Of a DNA stretch of 64,000 bases, positions 26,246-41,240 are shown in pieces. Both the position numbers and the translations under genes were made by a program. The notes beneath the pieces were generated by a model, which saw nothing but the letters and a program-made list of their open reading frames with translations, was not told the origin of the DNA and did not search any database. This DNA comes from Eledone cirrhosa (lineage: Eukaryota). Each line of letters starts with the position of its first letter. Position 1 is the stretch's first letter. The stretch covers positions 16,182,001-16,246,000 of the forward strand of contig OZ024747.1 of assembly GCA_964016885.1 (NCBI GenBank), written 5' to 3'.

Positions 26246-29200
26246 GAAATTCATTTTAATTTTAATTTTTACTTTTGTCTTTTCCTCACTCTTTTCTAAT
26301 TCTCTAATTGCAGACAAATTACATACGCACGTCCGCAAACATACATACGTATTCATGTATCGAGGTCCACCTACATTCACATATATGTCTGTATGGTTTT
26401 GAAATTTATATGCGTTGTTTCGTTCTACAAGCATACATGTATACATATATACATACAGATAGGCAGACAAAGATACATGCATACAAAATAAAGACGTACA
26501 TATGTGCACACATCCACACAAACTCAAACACACGCACATAGTTTGCTTACTTTTAGCTACCCTTCGTTTACAAGCATGACCTCGTCATTTTCCAGAGGTT
26601 ACCCTACATTGATGTGTGCATAGGAATTCGCGCGTGTTAACAATGGATGCCTTCGGGCCTTCGGTAGGATGGGGATGGGGGTGTTCGATAACTATACAGC
26701 ACTCTCTATTTCATGCTGCAAAGGCTGGCGATGGGCCTGCAGCCTGTCTTGGGAGGCGGGGAATGGACGCACAAATGTTGCGTATCTTGAGACCCCAAAG
26801 TGGAGGAAGAAGATATATATGTTAAAGGAAGAACACTTTGCATATTGACATTTTACATAACAATAATAAAAGGGAAGGATATGGTCATGACTGAAAGGAC
26901 CTTTATTCTTTTCAGAATAATCGTTGATGATTTGGATAAAATTAAACCTCACTGAACATTTGCATCTTTTGGCTCGTTGAAGCGATGTGCTTGGGAGCTC
27001 ACGAATCCCCTTTTTTTTTGGCGAATTGAAGTGAAACGAAAAGGTTAAACAGGGAATCGTCAATTGATTTAAGGAACGTTAAAAAAGTTCCCGTCTCTTA
27101 CAGGCAACATATTATTTATTTTAATATATTATAAATAAATGTAGAATTTGAAGATTATGTAAAAATAAAAAAAAAGAAACAAGGTAAGAAAAGGCATATG
27201 CAGATATGGAAAATATATTTTCAAAAATCGTGAAGGATGTGGCCTTAAATTATCAGAAGGTTATTTTCATACACACTGCAATATATTGAATGTAATTCTG
27301 AAATAAGTAATTTTCTGTGCTGGCATATCTTCTTACAATATATGTACATCATGAGTGGTAACACATATTGGTTTGACAAAGAGTGAATTTTCATTTGAGT
27401 AGAATGAAGGTGCAAGTGACAAACAGAAGGGAGTTCAATGGTTGTATTCTATCAGCGCTATTGCAGACTGTACTTGTTTGTTACAAATAGATCATATGTA
27501 CCACATGTTGATATAAAACATTTAAATTTATAAGCAGCAGCAAAACTGATATTGGCGTGTCTTAATTGATGGCATCAATGCTGACGTTGTTGTTTACGGC
27601 AGGAGACAACATCCTTAACGTCTCAAACAATTAAATATAAACGTAACCTTAACTGAAATATAATAGGATGTAGGATTGTATTCTCCGGAACCTTTGTATT
27701 TATAGTTTGATGTACTTGCCGCAACGATAAATCTAAACCTGAAATGCCAATCGCTATCTTAACAGTCATAGAAAAACCCTAAAAGGTGCACGTATGTTAA
27801 GAACAATAGTATTTTTGGCTAAGTAATAAAAATATATGACAATAAACGATTTATGAGAAAAACTAAAGAAAACGTAAAAATTACTCCTCATTATAGAAAT
27901 AATTGTTTGAGGTGGGTAGATAAATAAATTGATGAGTTGGAAGATAAATAAATTGGTTGGAACTGACATAAAGATTGTAAGGCAGATAAAGGTTTATGGG
28001 AATGAGAGAGATCTAAGTCTCTAGAAAAAGTTTTGCTGTTAGAACTGAAGAGAAAACAACTCAAGGGAAGCTTAGCAAGTTAATGACGCGATTTTATTAT
28101 TATAGTACTGGTGATATGAGATAATTGAAATATCAGTTGGGAATCACTAACAAAGAATGAGAGAATTCAAAAGAAGTTAAGGAGAAATTATAATGAAGTA
28201 TAACTGGGCATAGAACGAGATTCTGAACAATATAATAATCCTCACCGGTTCTTATATATTATATAACATTCATATTTGATCAACTGACTCAACAACAAAC
28301 GTCAAATAAGAGTAAAATATATCTATTCTGCGTCACATATGACAATGTGAAAAACAACAATATTGTTGAAATATTTTTGTTTAATTTTCTTTATTTAATT
28401 GTTATGTTATCAAAATGTCTGAAACTCGTATTTGCAAAATATTCTGAGATTAAAATATTTTCCAACAAACATAATTTTGCTAATGGGTGGAAATTATTTT
28501 GCAATTTATTGAAAAGGGAATAATCTTTTGAAATAGTGTATTAAATATGCATCGCGGTAATTAGTAATTACGGGATTATAAAACATGTTGAAGTATCTTA
28601 TTGCTGTGATACTTCTTGGATATGACTCCAGTTTATAGAAAGGGTCCGAATATATGCGCGACAACGATAAATATTCATGAGAGTAATGTGGTATGAACGC
28701 AAAGAATTGGATATACTCGCCAAATGTGAAATGAAAGATCTGAGTAAATTTGAACTCAATAGTTTTGTTAAGAAACTGAGCTATATTTTAGAAACGAAAT
28801 TCAACTTTGTATTACCAGTTGAAGTAAATTGTGATTTGATGCAACGTGTTGTTTATAGGCTTTTCATTTATCTATTTATGCGAAACGTACACCAGTGCCT
28901 CTTGGAATCTACAAGTGATATACTAAAGTTGTATCCATGAGAAGTGTTATTTTGTAAACAATATCTAATAAGCCCGTTAAGAACATTTTGCAGAATAAAA
29001 TGATTTCATTCCTATATGTATCTTCGACTTTCTTGTAAGAAATGATCTTATTATATATTGAAAGACGAAAACTATCTAAATTAGGAGAAGGAAATTAATC
29101 ACTGGGACGTTAAGCACATAAGTTTAACCCCTGTGATATATTCAATAGTACTGAAATTACGAAGTTAATTAACTACTAAATAATGTATTATATACGTGTA

Positions 29201-30619
29201 AGTGGCCAGCAAATTTAACGCAATATCCTTGGATAACTTCGTTCCTATTTATTTATTATTAATCTAAATCTTTGTTAATACAAGCCAACAAAATTATTAA
29301 TGAAAATACAACCCATGGCATTACGGTGTATACATTGGATATGAAGTCAACCGTTCTTTCAATCAACTTCTAATCGACTAACTTTCCACTTCGTCGCTCA
29401 TTTAAGAATAACATTATTCAAATCCCGAAACGAATTATCTGCGTATCATTCATTCAACTGTGAGTCTAATATCTATTATTCCGTAATCGTAGAGAATAGG
29501 TTCGGTTGTATCTAATATCATCATCCTCTCTATTAAATTAATTTTCCCTCTAAAAGTATTTGTGTATAGTAGATTATTTATGAACACATGAAACAGAAAT
29601 AATAGATCAAACACACAAACGCATACCACACGCACACAGACACAGAGACACAGACATACAGACACAGGCACACAGACACACACGCATATATATATATATA
29701 TACATATATGGTGTATAATGGTGTCTGCAGGGTGAGAGTCGGAACCAAGTTTGTATACACATTTACAAACCTATCGAATATGCTGCCTTTTTCATTATTA
29801 TATATCAACTATTTTATATTATCTGCCCCTTTACAATGCAACCCTTCCATTGCTGCAACTAAACATTACACAGAAAAATATCCAAAGCATTAGTTTTCAA
29901 CTTGTTCTGTGAAAAACATTTCGAATCTTTGGATGCGATGAAACATCTTATTTCTTAAACAATATATACTTCTCAACATTCAAGAGAGGAAACCACACTA
30001 AGGATATATTCCCCTATACACACGATTAGGTTTTATTCTTTTAGCGAGCTCACCGACTATTGTGTTCATGTAATTACTTATAGTAAGTACGCAGCATTCA
30101 TGTTCTTCAAATTTAATTCGGTAAAGTCCGCATAGAAAATCATATAATAATCTTCGTGTGCTTTCTGCTACATATTCCCACTTTCATGTTTGCTATATTG
30201 GCCTCTAGACTGCGTTCACAGATTTACAATTTTCCTTGTTGTTAAGCAACATATTATGCAGTGAAAACAAATTCCGATCGATATCATTAAACAGCAATTT
30301 CTAAATATTCAGTGAGACAGTCATAAAGTCAAAGCAATGATTGTAAATGTTTCATTATTTCGTATTGCCTACACACGTTTTTTTGTCTAGCAGCAAATAA
30401 GTGACTTCTCCAAACTGTTCCTGTATATAGTCAGTGGCAGAACATAAGTATAAAGTATAGAGTGTGATTAGAGATCGACTTAACTTCTATTTTTAATAAA
30501 ACATCAACGATGTTCTCTCACCCTCGCTGGTTGTAATGCTCGTTGCTTAGTTATTTTCGCACGTCCTAAATATACATACTCACATATACGCATATATATA
30601 TATATATATAATATAATAC

Positions 30620-30652
<33 letters not shown>

Positions 30653-31117
30653 CCATTCTATTCCATTTTCGTTTTCGGTGCGCACGGCCGACTAAACTCA
30701 CTCGATATGCAAATTAGGCTGCTCAGCCGTTAATATGCATAAGGAAAGTATATACTTTCAGACGTTCAACGATCTGGCCGGAAGGTAACCGATGCTGACG
30801 ATAGCTAATAAACTTGAAACTAGTACATCGTTCCTGTGCCAATGTTGAACAAAAAGGTGACGTGGTTGCCTAAACACTGTACGGCGTAATTCGGGCTGTT
30901 TGTTTGTTTACCCGAGCATTATAATAAATGCTCGGTAAACCGATACGTGCATATAAACATGTGTGCATGTATGTATATATACATACTACTGTACGTCTGT
31001 ATACATATATGTATGTACGTCTACATACATACATACTTACATTTAAGTAACTGCCGTACTAAGAGTGAGAAATGAAATTTCGTTTCATTCTATTCCATTT
31101 ATATATATATATATATG

Positions 31118-31183
31118 TAGAGAGAGAGAGGGAGAGAGAGGGAGAGAGAGAGAGAGGGAGAGAGCGAGAGAGAGAGAGAGAGT

Positions 31184-31217
<34 letters not shown>
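31118..31217. repeat. (AG)n microsatellite
   Basis: Read directly from the sequence. Confidence 0.95.
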
Positions 31218-34176
31218 CGAATAGAGAATAGAAAGAAATGTTAGACATATTATGATCATAATTATAATGATGATATGAGATTCTTCATATTCTACAAGTT
31301 TATTTTGAGATATAGTATTCAATATCACGTATTTCGTTTCAGACAAATGAAACAGCAACCAATTGTGCCCTAAGTTGGAGGAGAGAAAAAAATGTCACAC
31401 AGAGAGCAAAGGGGTTGATGGAGTGGGGAGGAATAGTCAGAGGATATATTAGACTGTTTATTGATGACAATGTTGATGAGTATGACGATAACGTTCCTGA
31501 TGACAGCGCCGGCAGCGGTGATAAAGATGATGAAAATAATGAGGATGATTATATCAGCCATACTAAACTTTTTCATGTTTTACCGAGAGCAGGTACATGA
31601 ATGTGAAGGAACAACTTTTCAGATTTTAATTCAGAATTAATGAAAATTTAGTTGACGTTGCAATGAATTATGTACAACGTGCCGACAATTCTGTTAATCT
31701 ATCCATTTTAAATAACCCGTCGTCTATCATACATATAAATATATCATATTTAATAAGTTAAATTGAAAGGAAGCTGACGTTTCACACTTAATATATGACA
31801 GAGTAGTGTACTTGCGATATGAAACAATATTTATATCAATAACTATCCAAACAATACATATATATAACTTATATAACTGTACATGAATAAATAAATGAAT
31901 AAATATATAAATACACAAAACAAGAAATAAGCATTTTAAGTTAAATACCATTTTTATATTTGAAGTGTAAAATAATATATGTAATGTATGTATGAAAAGA
32001 TTTTATAGAAAAGACTAAACTTAACGGTTGTTATAGATATGTGAATATAGATTACGAAAATGAAGTTCATTAAAAAATATTGTGTATTTAAAGATGTGTG
32101 TGAGTCATTTGTTAATAGCTTCAGAGACAAACAAATACATAAAATACATTTTATACATACACAGGATACTTATATAATACATAAGCTAAAATATATATCT
32201 TCATATAAGAAACTATTAAATACTTCTCCAGACCTTCAGATTGATATTTACAAACAACAACATGCCCATACAGTCACACAGTATGCCTTCTCATATAATA
32301 TATACAATAAGAAAAGATTTGTTCCAAAGACAGATCCCCCAGTGTTTAAGCATTATTCTGAATCAAATGTGTCTCTTTTATATGATGATTTATTTGATGA
32401 ACATCAACGTTCTTTGAGGATACATTGTTATTACCCCCTATGTTTACTTATAACTGTACATTCTCAGGTATTATCTTTAGAAATCATTTCTATATTTGGT
32501 GCTTTTATCTTCTTTCTCGCTTCTAATTAAACAAAACAAGAAAGTAAGAAATCTGTATATATCGTGTGAGCTACATCATCATTCATGTTACTTGATGAGA
32601 ACATTGTGAATTAGATCGTGTTGCTATATTCAAAATATGCTACTCAATATAATTTCATTTGCAATGCTATTTCAATCCTCCAATTGTGAATTTTGAAGAC
32701 ACGAAGGAATTTATTAACAAAAATAGTACTGCTCCCAATGGTACGCTAAATAAATATATATATACGAATTTATTTAATTATTTAAATACTTTGAATATGC
32801 ATCTCACTCAATTAATTGGTTACCCGAATACTCTGCGTTATAAAAGTACATAACCACGTCATGAATATGGAGGATCTATTGCACAGGTTTTACTGGACGA
32901 ACATAATATATGTACCTCTGATTCTAACAGCTAATTTAAAATTGTCACGGTAGTCCATGGGGAAGTGTACACTTAAATACTTCATAGAGAGTGTAACTAT
33001 TCTAGCATACTAATTTCCCAGTAGAATACATTCAATTTTACTCTTAAGCCTTGGGTGAAAGCGAACTTATGCTGAAACACACTTGCCAACTCAACTAAAC
33101 GTAACCCAGACCACACATTTTCCAATTGAACTTCTTCAATTCCGCCAGACAATGCGTATATGACAAAAATACTAAACTATTATTAAATGTGTCCAAATTG
33201 CTCCTGTTTCTTTCATTAATCAGTAGTAATATTTCAAATCTTGTCACGAAATATTCTTTACATAAGAACACACAAAATCACAAGGTCTTAATAAAAGGAA
33301 CAAGAAATTCTAACATACCCCCGAATAAATATCATTCATTGTGAAAACAAACAAACAAATAAAAACAAAAAGAAACAAGATAATGAAACTTGTTATACTG
33401 AACAGGTTAATGAACAAATATATTACTCTGTAGAAATATTTTTCTTTGTGTAAAACTTTCGCCGCTTGTTACAACAGACACGTTAATGTACAAATATTTT
33501 CCTGTACAAACATTTCCTTTGTGTAAGACTTCCGTTGTTAGCTACAAAGAACATGATAATGTAACGTTTAAAACGAAGAATTATTTTTTCTTTGTAAAAT
33601 CCTTTCCTCGTCGCTTATCACAAAGAAAGCATTAACGTGACATTTCTTTGAATAAATTATTTCTGTGCAAAGAATTTAAAAGGGGGTAAAATCTAAACAG
33701 CTCAGTGCGTCTGTCTTAAATGTCTACAGTGAGGTGAACTCATATGTACAGCCATCACTGTAATTTGAAGGTTTTTATAATGAAAAAGTTAAAGTTTTGT
33801 GAAATGTATTTTGCAGTTTGTATCAATGGTATATCAATATTATATCTGATATTCTTAAGATATCTGTGTGGATGTGGGAATCTAACTGTCTATCTATTTG
33901 TCTGTGTTCCTATCTGCGTATCTCCCACCTTTCTCTCTCTCTATATATATATATATATCCCTCCCTCTCTCTATCTATCTCTGTCTCTATACATATATTT
34001 GTGTGTGTATTATTGACGGACATGTAATCAATACCGAAATGGATTTAAACAAGCATTTATTATGGCTAAAGTGTGAACCTTGTTACACTGAAGTTTCATC
34101 TACGCATTCGCAGGATAATCAGACACGTTTTGTCTGCGTGTCATGTCTGAAGATCCAGCCAGTGCACAAGTGAAAA

Positions 34177-35640
34177 TCTATATTATATATATATATATAT
34201 AAAAGCGAGGATGTGTGTTTATATGTGTACAACTTTGCATGCTTAGGGCTTTCACAATTACCAACTGAATTTGACCAGGTTTTCTGTGCACGTTGCACAG
34301 GTCGCTAAGATTGTCACATCCCAAACATTTTTCAAATCGACCCACGTTGAGCAATAAAAAATCGATATCAAAATTATCGGTACAAAAATTGATGTAAGGG
34401 AGATAACAAACTTTATTGACAATCCTTATAAAAAAGGGAGATAACCAACTTTTCAGAGATATAAACATCACATTCATTTGAAGCTAACACACTAATATTA
34501 TCGTTTGTTTCTTGTTTATTCTTTGTTGCACTTTCAAAGTTAAAAAAAACACTTGTTGTTTTAACTTGTTTCACTATATTAAGTGTTAATTTTCGCATCA
34601 CAGTTAGCTGTATTAACGATCAGCTTCTTCAGCTTCTTCCTGGATGTCCACGGATATATAAATCTATTGATACTGTATGTGATCCACAGGATGCGGTCAA
34701 TTATTCAGTTGAATTTCTAAATTATTTAAATCCTCCTGGTTTACTTCCTAATACATTGGTTCTGAAAGAGGGAACACTTGTTATTTTGCTGAGAAATATC
34801 ACTCCTCCAAAACTATGCAATGGTACACGCCTTGTAGTTAAAAAAACTGTCTCCACTTCGTATTGACGCTACCATTCTATCCGGATGTGGAAAAGGCGAG
34901 GATGTCATAATAACAAAAATAAGCCTGACTATATCAGGCGTGGATACTCCCTTCTCCTGTCGCCTAACCCAATGTTCCCCTTCGTGTTGCATTTGCGATG
35001 TCCATAAACAAGTCGCAAGGTCAACTCTGTCCGTCGCTGGAATTCACTTGGATGAACCTTGCTTTTCGCACGGACAATTCTACGTTGCCTGCTCACGAGT
35101 TGGCAGTCGAGATAATCTCTTTGCGTTTGTTCCGAAAAGAAAAACAAAGAATATCGTCTATCGTGAAGTGCTTTAGTGTTAACAAAAAAAACTTATTACA
35201 GCTCTGCCTTGACTTCACCTTACTCATTACAAAATGTACCAATGAATATGTCATGCAGGATATTTTGGATTATAAGTTAAACATTTAACCATACACAGCA
35301 AAGGATGCTCTCAAAGAATAGATTTTCTCTTATTCTACTTTCATTATTTTTTTGTTTGTATACAACTCTGCTTTCATTACAAACTTTAGCACTTTAGCAA
35401 AACTGCCTGTTTTTTTACAGATTTGCAACGTGTATTGTCTTTAATCATCCTGTTCAGTGTTTTCCTTCATTATCAGCATGGTTTTATGTGTACAAAGATT
35501 GCACTAAATATTCGTTTGCATTAATCATTGAAGACTTCTGCTTATTTTGACAGGTTGGGGACAAATAATGTTCTTCTTTTACTTCCTAGCTCTATATCCT
35601 TAGCATAATTTCAAAACCGGAGCAACGCTGGTAAATCTGC

Positions 35641-35643
<3 letters not shown>
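34177..35643 (+). mobile_element. Internally deleted Helitron
   Basis: 5' end A|TC TATA..TATAAAA, 3' hairpin ACCGG-AGCAACG-CTGGT at 35616-35632, then CTAC|T. Contains a PIF1-like helicase remnant. Confidence 0.8.
34650..35176 (+). pseudogene. Helitron PIF1-family helicase C-terminal remnant (frameshifted)
   Basis: VEFLNYLNPPG, LLRNITPPKLCNGTRL, AMSINKSQGQ, FSHGQFYVACSRV, TKNIVYREVL. Confidence 0.9.
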
Positions 35644-35712
<69 letters not shown>

Positions 35713-36695
35713 TGAGAGATAACATGTAGCGAAGTGTGCGATCACATGCTTCATGTACGATTGCATAATGATTGATCAATAAAAAATATTTTCGTATTCT
35801 GAAGTTATAAATGGTGTTAATTAAAATACGTGTCATAAGAGTAGGGAGAAAGAAAGCTAAAATTAAAAACAATAGCCATTAGTATGTATATATAAAATTA
35901 ATAACCTCACTGAAACCTATTTACAGTATAAAAATCTCATGTGTGGCTTAGAAACAATAAAAAAACAGGAATATATATATTTTTCATTCATATTTCTTTT
36001 CTGTTTTTATAGATATAAGTGAAATGCTTTGAAATGCCATGTTTTTTTTTATGAATTTTGTCCCGTATATTTCCTGTATTCTCAGGGGATATTACGAAAA
36101 TCTTGCCATAATTTAGAAGAGATATATATATTTTTATAAAAGAACATAATCCTTGTTCATATTCACTCCTTAAGTAATTAAAAATAATATTTTATTATGT
36201 CTGCATGAAGGTCCTACAATTAATTGCCGTCTAAACTTAATATAGTGGTCGAACATAAACTTTATCGATGAATTGAAATTTTACGCATGGTGAGAATTTA
36301 AAATTATTCTAGCATTAATGGTATTGTTTATGAAAGTGGAGCTGGCTATGAAATTTAAATGGGTGAAAAGTTAAATCGAATTATTCAGTGAGTAGACAAT
36401 ATTATCTATCCATTTATTATTTGGCTAAATCTCAGACGTTCGATCTTTCCCCTGATAGACGATAATTGTCATCAATCTCAATCCCCAGGAGACATTTTAT
36501 CAAATTCTATTTTGATTTCACCACTAATGTGAACCTAGGTTGAATATCACTGTATCAAAAAGACGAGCACAAAGACGTGAAAATATTTTACATGAGTACA
36601 AATAACACGTACATACACACACACTCGAAGGTGCATACACATGCATACATATATATATACATACACACACACGTACACACACACCCACACACACC

Positions 36696-36770
<75 letters not shown>

Positions 36771-36775
<5 letters not shown>

Positions 36776-36887
36776 AAAAGAATTAGGACCCCGACGGCTG
36801 AGCTCTGGGCGTTTCGACAGCTATTTCAGAAATAGCTGTCAAAACACCCGGAGCTCAAAAATGTCCGGGTCTTGACACTTTTCCTAT
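36771..36887. repeat. Imperfect GC-rich palindrome abutting (TA)n
   Basis: ATAGGAAAAG..GAGCTCTGGGCGTTTCGACAGCTATTTC A GAAATAGCTGTCAAAACACCCGGAGCTC..CTTTTCCTAT. Confidence 0.8.
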
Positions 36888-38208
36888 TACCCACTCTATT
36901 ACCCATAGTATCGCCTATTCTAATCCGTTATGATCCACATGGTTCCTTACTATACTCTCTTGGTTATATATATATATATATTATGTGTGTAATGACAGTT
37001 ACAGGCGGTGGCTCGTTCGAAGCACTTATTGCTGTTACGAGTTCCTATTCATTTGTTTTGTATTCCAGTGTTAAGGCTGTAGTGTGTAGAGGGTAAATAG
37101 AATACAGTGTCGAAGTCAGCGTTGCTGCATATGTACAAACTTTATTTGCATATTTCATTTGTTTTGATATTGATCAGCTCAGTGTATAAGGAAAGTCACG
37201 ACATACTACTCTTTTTCGACATCTCGTCCGATATGCGAGCTTATATGTGCAAATTGCTGATGTGTTTGTAGATATTTTTCATATTTTAGCAACCGCAAGC
37301 TTATTTGAATATGTGTAATTAAACTATTCACGCTCTGCTCCCTTTTTTTGTTTCCTGTTCCTCTGTCTCTCTCATTTACTTCTCCAGAATATAATTTGTT
37401 TTCTGTATTTGTTTTCTTTAAATATTTTGTGTACAACATGTTAACCAGGAGGAAACTTGTTGTACACCATAACTTGTTCCATCCCTTTTCGTTTACAGTT
37501 TGAAGCACCTTGGATTTTACTTACACTGTATTTCCTTTACTTTTGCATTTAATCAAAAACATTCACCCTGTCTCATTTTATGTATTTTGTCGTCCCCAAC
37601 AGTTGTGTCACATTCCCATGTAACCTGGAGTGGATGATATAAACTTCAAATGGCGTTCATTAGATGGAAAAGAGCGGAAGCAAATTGTAATTGTAAATGA
37701 AACATTGTGGTGTTAATATAAGTCTAGACACCATAGAAATACATATTTATCGCCTGCCAAAATCCAAACCCTCATTAATTTACAGGATAATTCCAAACCC
37801 CTATTTACAATAATTCCTCTCGTAAACACAGCAAGGATTTACTCTCTTTAAACATAAAGAACAGCCAGGAATGTTGTTTCTAATGTTATTATACGGAACT
37901 CGATATTGAATATAAAACTTTTGACATTTCAAAGAGTATGGGAAAGTAGCATATTTTCCATTTCCATATTTTAATCTATTGCCGTTTCCTGACATTTCAC
38001 CAAAAGTTCATCCCAATGGAAAAGGAAAAATAGTTTATAAACAGTTTCAATGTAATTAATTATATTTGATGTTGTCTGAATCTAGATTCTCACTAAAGAA
38101 ATCTTTGAATTTAAATATTTCCTTAGATATATTAATTCTATCTCTTTATTCATTCAAGCGTCCACCAATACATTCAATTAACAGATTCCCCTACATACCC
38201 TTAAATAG

Positions 38209-38262
<54 letters not shown>

Positions 38263-38331
38263 TCTATCTATCTATCTATCTATATATCTATCATTCTATC
38301 TATCTATCTATCTACCTATCTATCTATCTAT

Positions 38332-40207
38332 CTTGGAAGCGGTTCTCAAGGCGGCCGGTTTCGGTCCCGTGTTCAGAGGATGGATCGAGGCGATGCACAT
38401 CAGCATCTGCTCGAGGGTCAAGGTGAACGGCTACCTATCGGAGCCGTTCGCAATCACGCGTTCCATTCGACAGGGATGCCCTCTCTCCTCCATTCTGTAT
38501 GTATTGACTCTAGAGCCACTACTGCGGAAATTGGAGCTGTTGCAGGGCATCCCCCTAGAACCGGGACTGCGCAAAGCGGCGTCGGCTTATGCCGACGACG
38601 TGACAGTAATGGTGTCGAGCACCTCGGAAATCGGGGTGATCGGCAACATACTGAAAGAATACGAAACGCTGACGGGAGCAAAACTAAACCCAGACAAATC
38701 TGTCGGTTTGCAACTCGGTACGTGGAGAGGCAAACCGATGACATCCGACAGCGTCGTTGGACGCTGGACGGACGGACCGGTGAAATTGCTCGGGGTCTGG
38801 TTCGGTCCAGACCTCCAGGTGGAGAAAAACTGGAACGAGGTCACGGCCAAGGTGTTTGCACTCACTCAGAAGTGGACAGAGTGCAAACTGTCCTTGAAAG
38901 GTCGAGCGGAGGTGGCGAACACTTTCATAGCGTCCGTCATCTACTACCGCTTGACTGTCGTGCCTTGTCCCCGTGAACACCTCGCCAAGATGGAACGCAT
39001 GCTCTTCCAGTTTCTGTGGAAGAAGCAGGCTCCGCTGGTGAGGAGATCCGTCTGCTGTCAGCACCCTTCCAACGGAGGGCTGGGAATGCCGTGGCTGATG
39101 ATGCGCAAACATGCGCTGAGGCTGCGGCATCTCCAGGTATTCCTCACCGACCCCCAACCGGTGTGGGCACCGTTTGTGAGACAGGCTTTCCCACAGCTCG
39201 TCTCGCTAACGGAGCTGCAGTCCTGGGTGAAGAAAAGACCGAAAACGATGGGCGCCTGGCACATTGAATGCGCTCAGGCGCTCACAGTCCTCTGGCAAGC
39301 GGGCACAGCAATCAGTGGAGACTCCACTTCGACATTCTATAGAGGGATTGTACGTTACAAGGGCGACGACGTGCTCGGAGAGACTCTGGGCGTCGAAGAC
39401 GATGAGCTCACCAGTATGTTTGGTAGGACTTTCCGCCCGGGACCTATGGACAACTTCCAGAGGTCCCTGGCCTGGCAGTGCTACCGAGGAGCTCTACCGG
39501 TTCGTGACAAGATCTACAGGCACGGACGCCCTGGCAGGGATCCTTCCAAGAGGACGTGTCCAAGATGTGCGCAGGACATTGAAACAGTTCTGCACGCAAT
39601 TGTACACGGCCCGGGCGTAAGCGACCTGTGGAACTATGCAGAACAACTGCTGTCGCGTATGGGACAAATACAGTTGACTGCCGAGTCCATAGTAAGGATC
39701 AAACCGCCAGACTCTTTCAAAAACGAAAGAGAGGCGGTTTTCCTCTGTACGGTGGCTATGGTGAAAGAAGTTATATGGTGGACGAGGTTGAGAGGACTGA
39801 GGACAGATGCCTTTCTCTCCGGACAACAATTGATTCCATTCTTTAAGTATCACTTTAGAAGGAGAATCAGGGTGGAGAGAGAGGCACTGCACCCCAGTAA
39901 ATTTACTGAAAGGTGGGTGAATGAAGCGAAAATGGCCCGAGTGATTGGGCCTTCTCTGTTTATAAGCCTGTAGGTTGAGGAAGAGAGCATTAGGAAGAAA
40001 GGAGCACTTGCACAACACGCTCCTTGAGTTGAGGGTTGTTCTATCGACGGGGTATTAAACAACCCATTTGTGGCGCCTCCCCCCTATTGGGGATTTCGAT
40101 TGTTGAAATTGTTTGTTTTTATATTTTTTACACGACTGTATGTAAAATCCCCGGCATGTCTTTGTATTGTCCCCTTTCTTGTTGCGCCCTTGTGGCTAAT
40201 AAAGAAA
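38332..40207 (+). mobile_element. L1/Tx1-like LINE copy 1, 5'-truncated, inserted in (ATCT)n
   Basis: Open RT and C-terminal frame, 3' UTR ending AATAAAGAAAT, with (ATCT)n on both sides. Confidence 0.92.
38333..39973 (+). pseudogene. 5'-truncated LINE ORF2 (RT domains IRQGCPLS and YADD, zinc knuckle)
   Basis: RSIRQGCPLS, SAYADDV, KLLGVWF, GGLGMP, CPRC..ETVLH. The N-terminus of the ORF-track entry is microsatellite read-through. Confidence 0.9.
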
Positions 40208-40256
40208 TCTATCTATCTATCTATCTATCTATCTATATATCTATCTATCTATCTAT

Positions 40257-41240
40257 CCTGGCACACCGAGTGTGCCCAGGCGCTCACGGCTCTCTGGCAG
40301 GCGGACCCGGCTGTCAGTGGAGAATCCACCTCGTCATTCTATAGAGGGCTGGTGGTTAGCAGGTGCGACGACGCCCTCGGAGAAGCCCTATGCATGGAGG
40401 AAGACGAACTGGCCAACCTGTTCGGTAGGACATTCAGCCCGGGACCCATGGATAACTTCCAGAGGTCCCTGGCCTGGCAATGCTACAGAAGGGCTCTGCC
40501 CGTTCGAGAAAGGCTCTACAGACACGGGCGCCCGGGTAGGGACCCATCGAAAAAGATCTGTCCCAGATGCGTGTGCGACGAGGAAACCGTTGCACACGCA
40601 TTGGTACACTGCTCGGGCATTGCCGATCTGTGGGGCTATGTCGAACAACTGCTGTCAAGGGTGGGACCGATCCGGTTGACCACCGAGTCTATTGTAACGA
40701 TCAAGCCGCCTCCCCTCTTCAAAAACGAAGGAGAGGCGGTGTTTCAGTGCGTAATAGCCATGGCGAAACAGGTTGTATGGTGGACGCGTCTGAAAGGACT
40801 GAGGTCAGACACCTTTCTCTCTGGCCAACAACTGGTCTGTTTCTTCCGATATCATTTCGGAAGAAGGATCAGGATGGAGAGAGAGGTGCTGCACCCTAGC
40901 TGTTTCTATGAAAGATGGGTGAAAGTGGCGAGAATGGCCCGTGTGAATGGGCCTTCACTCTACATCAGACTATAGGTGAGGAAGATGAAAGACCAAGGGA
41001 GCACCCCTTCTCTGTGCTCCTGAGGGGAAAGGGTTGCACACTTTTTTCGGGGGGGGGGGGGCGACCCCCCAAGGCGCCTCCTCTCTATTGAGGACTTTGT
41101 TATAAATTTTATTTTTGTTATATTTTATTTTATTTTTATATATTGTTATTGCCTCCTCCTTATTGATGACGCCTTGTTTTGTAAACTCCCCCCATTGTAC
41201 TTGTCCCACTTTTGATGCCCTGGTGGCAAATAAAAGAAAC
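40257..41240 (+). mobile_element. L1/Tx1-like LINE copy 2 (diverged subfamily, short 3' fragment) in (ATCT)n
   Basis: WHTEC..CPRCVCDEETVAHALVHC..GPSLYIRL with stop at 40975. Its 3' UTR differs from copy 1 and ends AATAAAAGAAAC, then ATCT repeats. Confidence 0.9.

Noticed and set aside
38066-38332. N-terminus of the 635-aa ORF (and of 40070-40256)
   Set aside because: Flanking sequence and (ATCT)n read-through (SIYL repeats), not a fusion gene.
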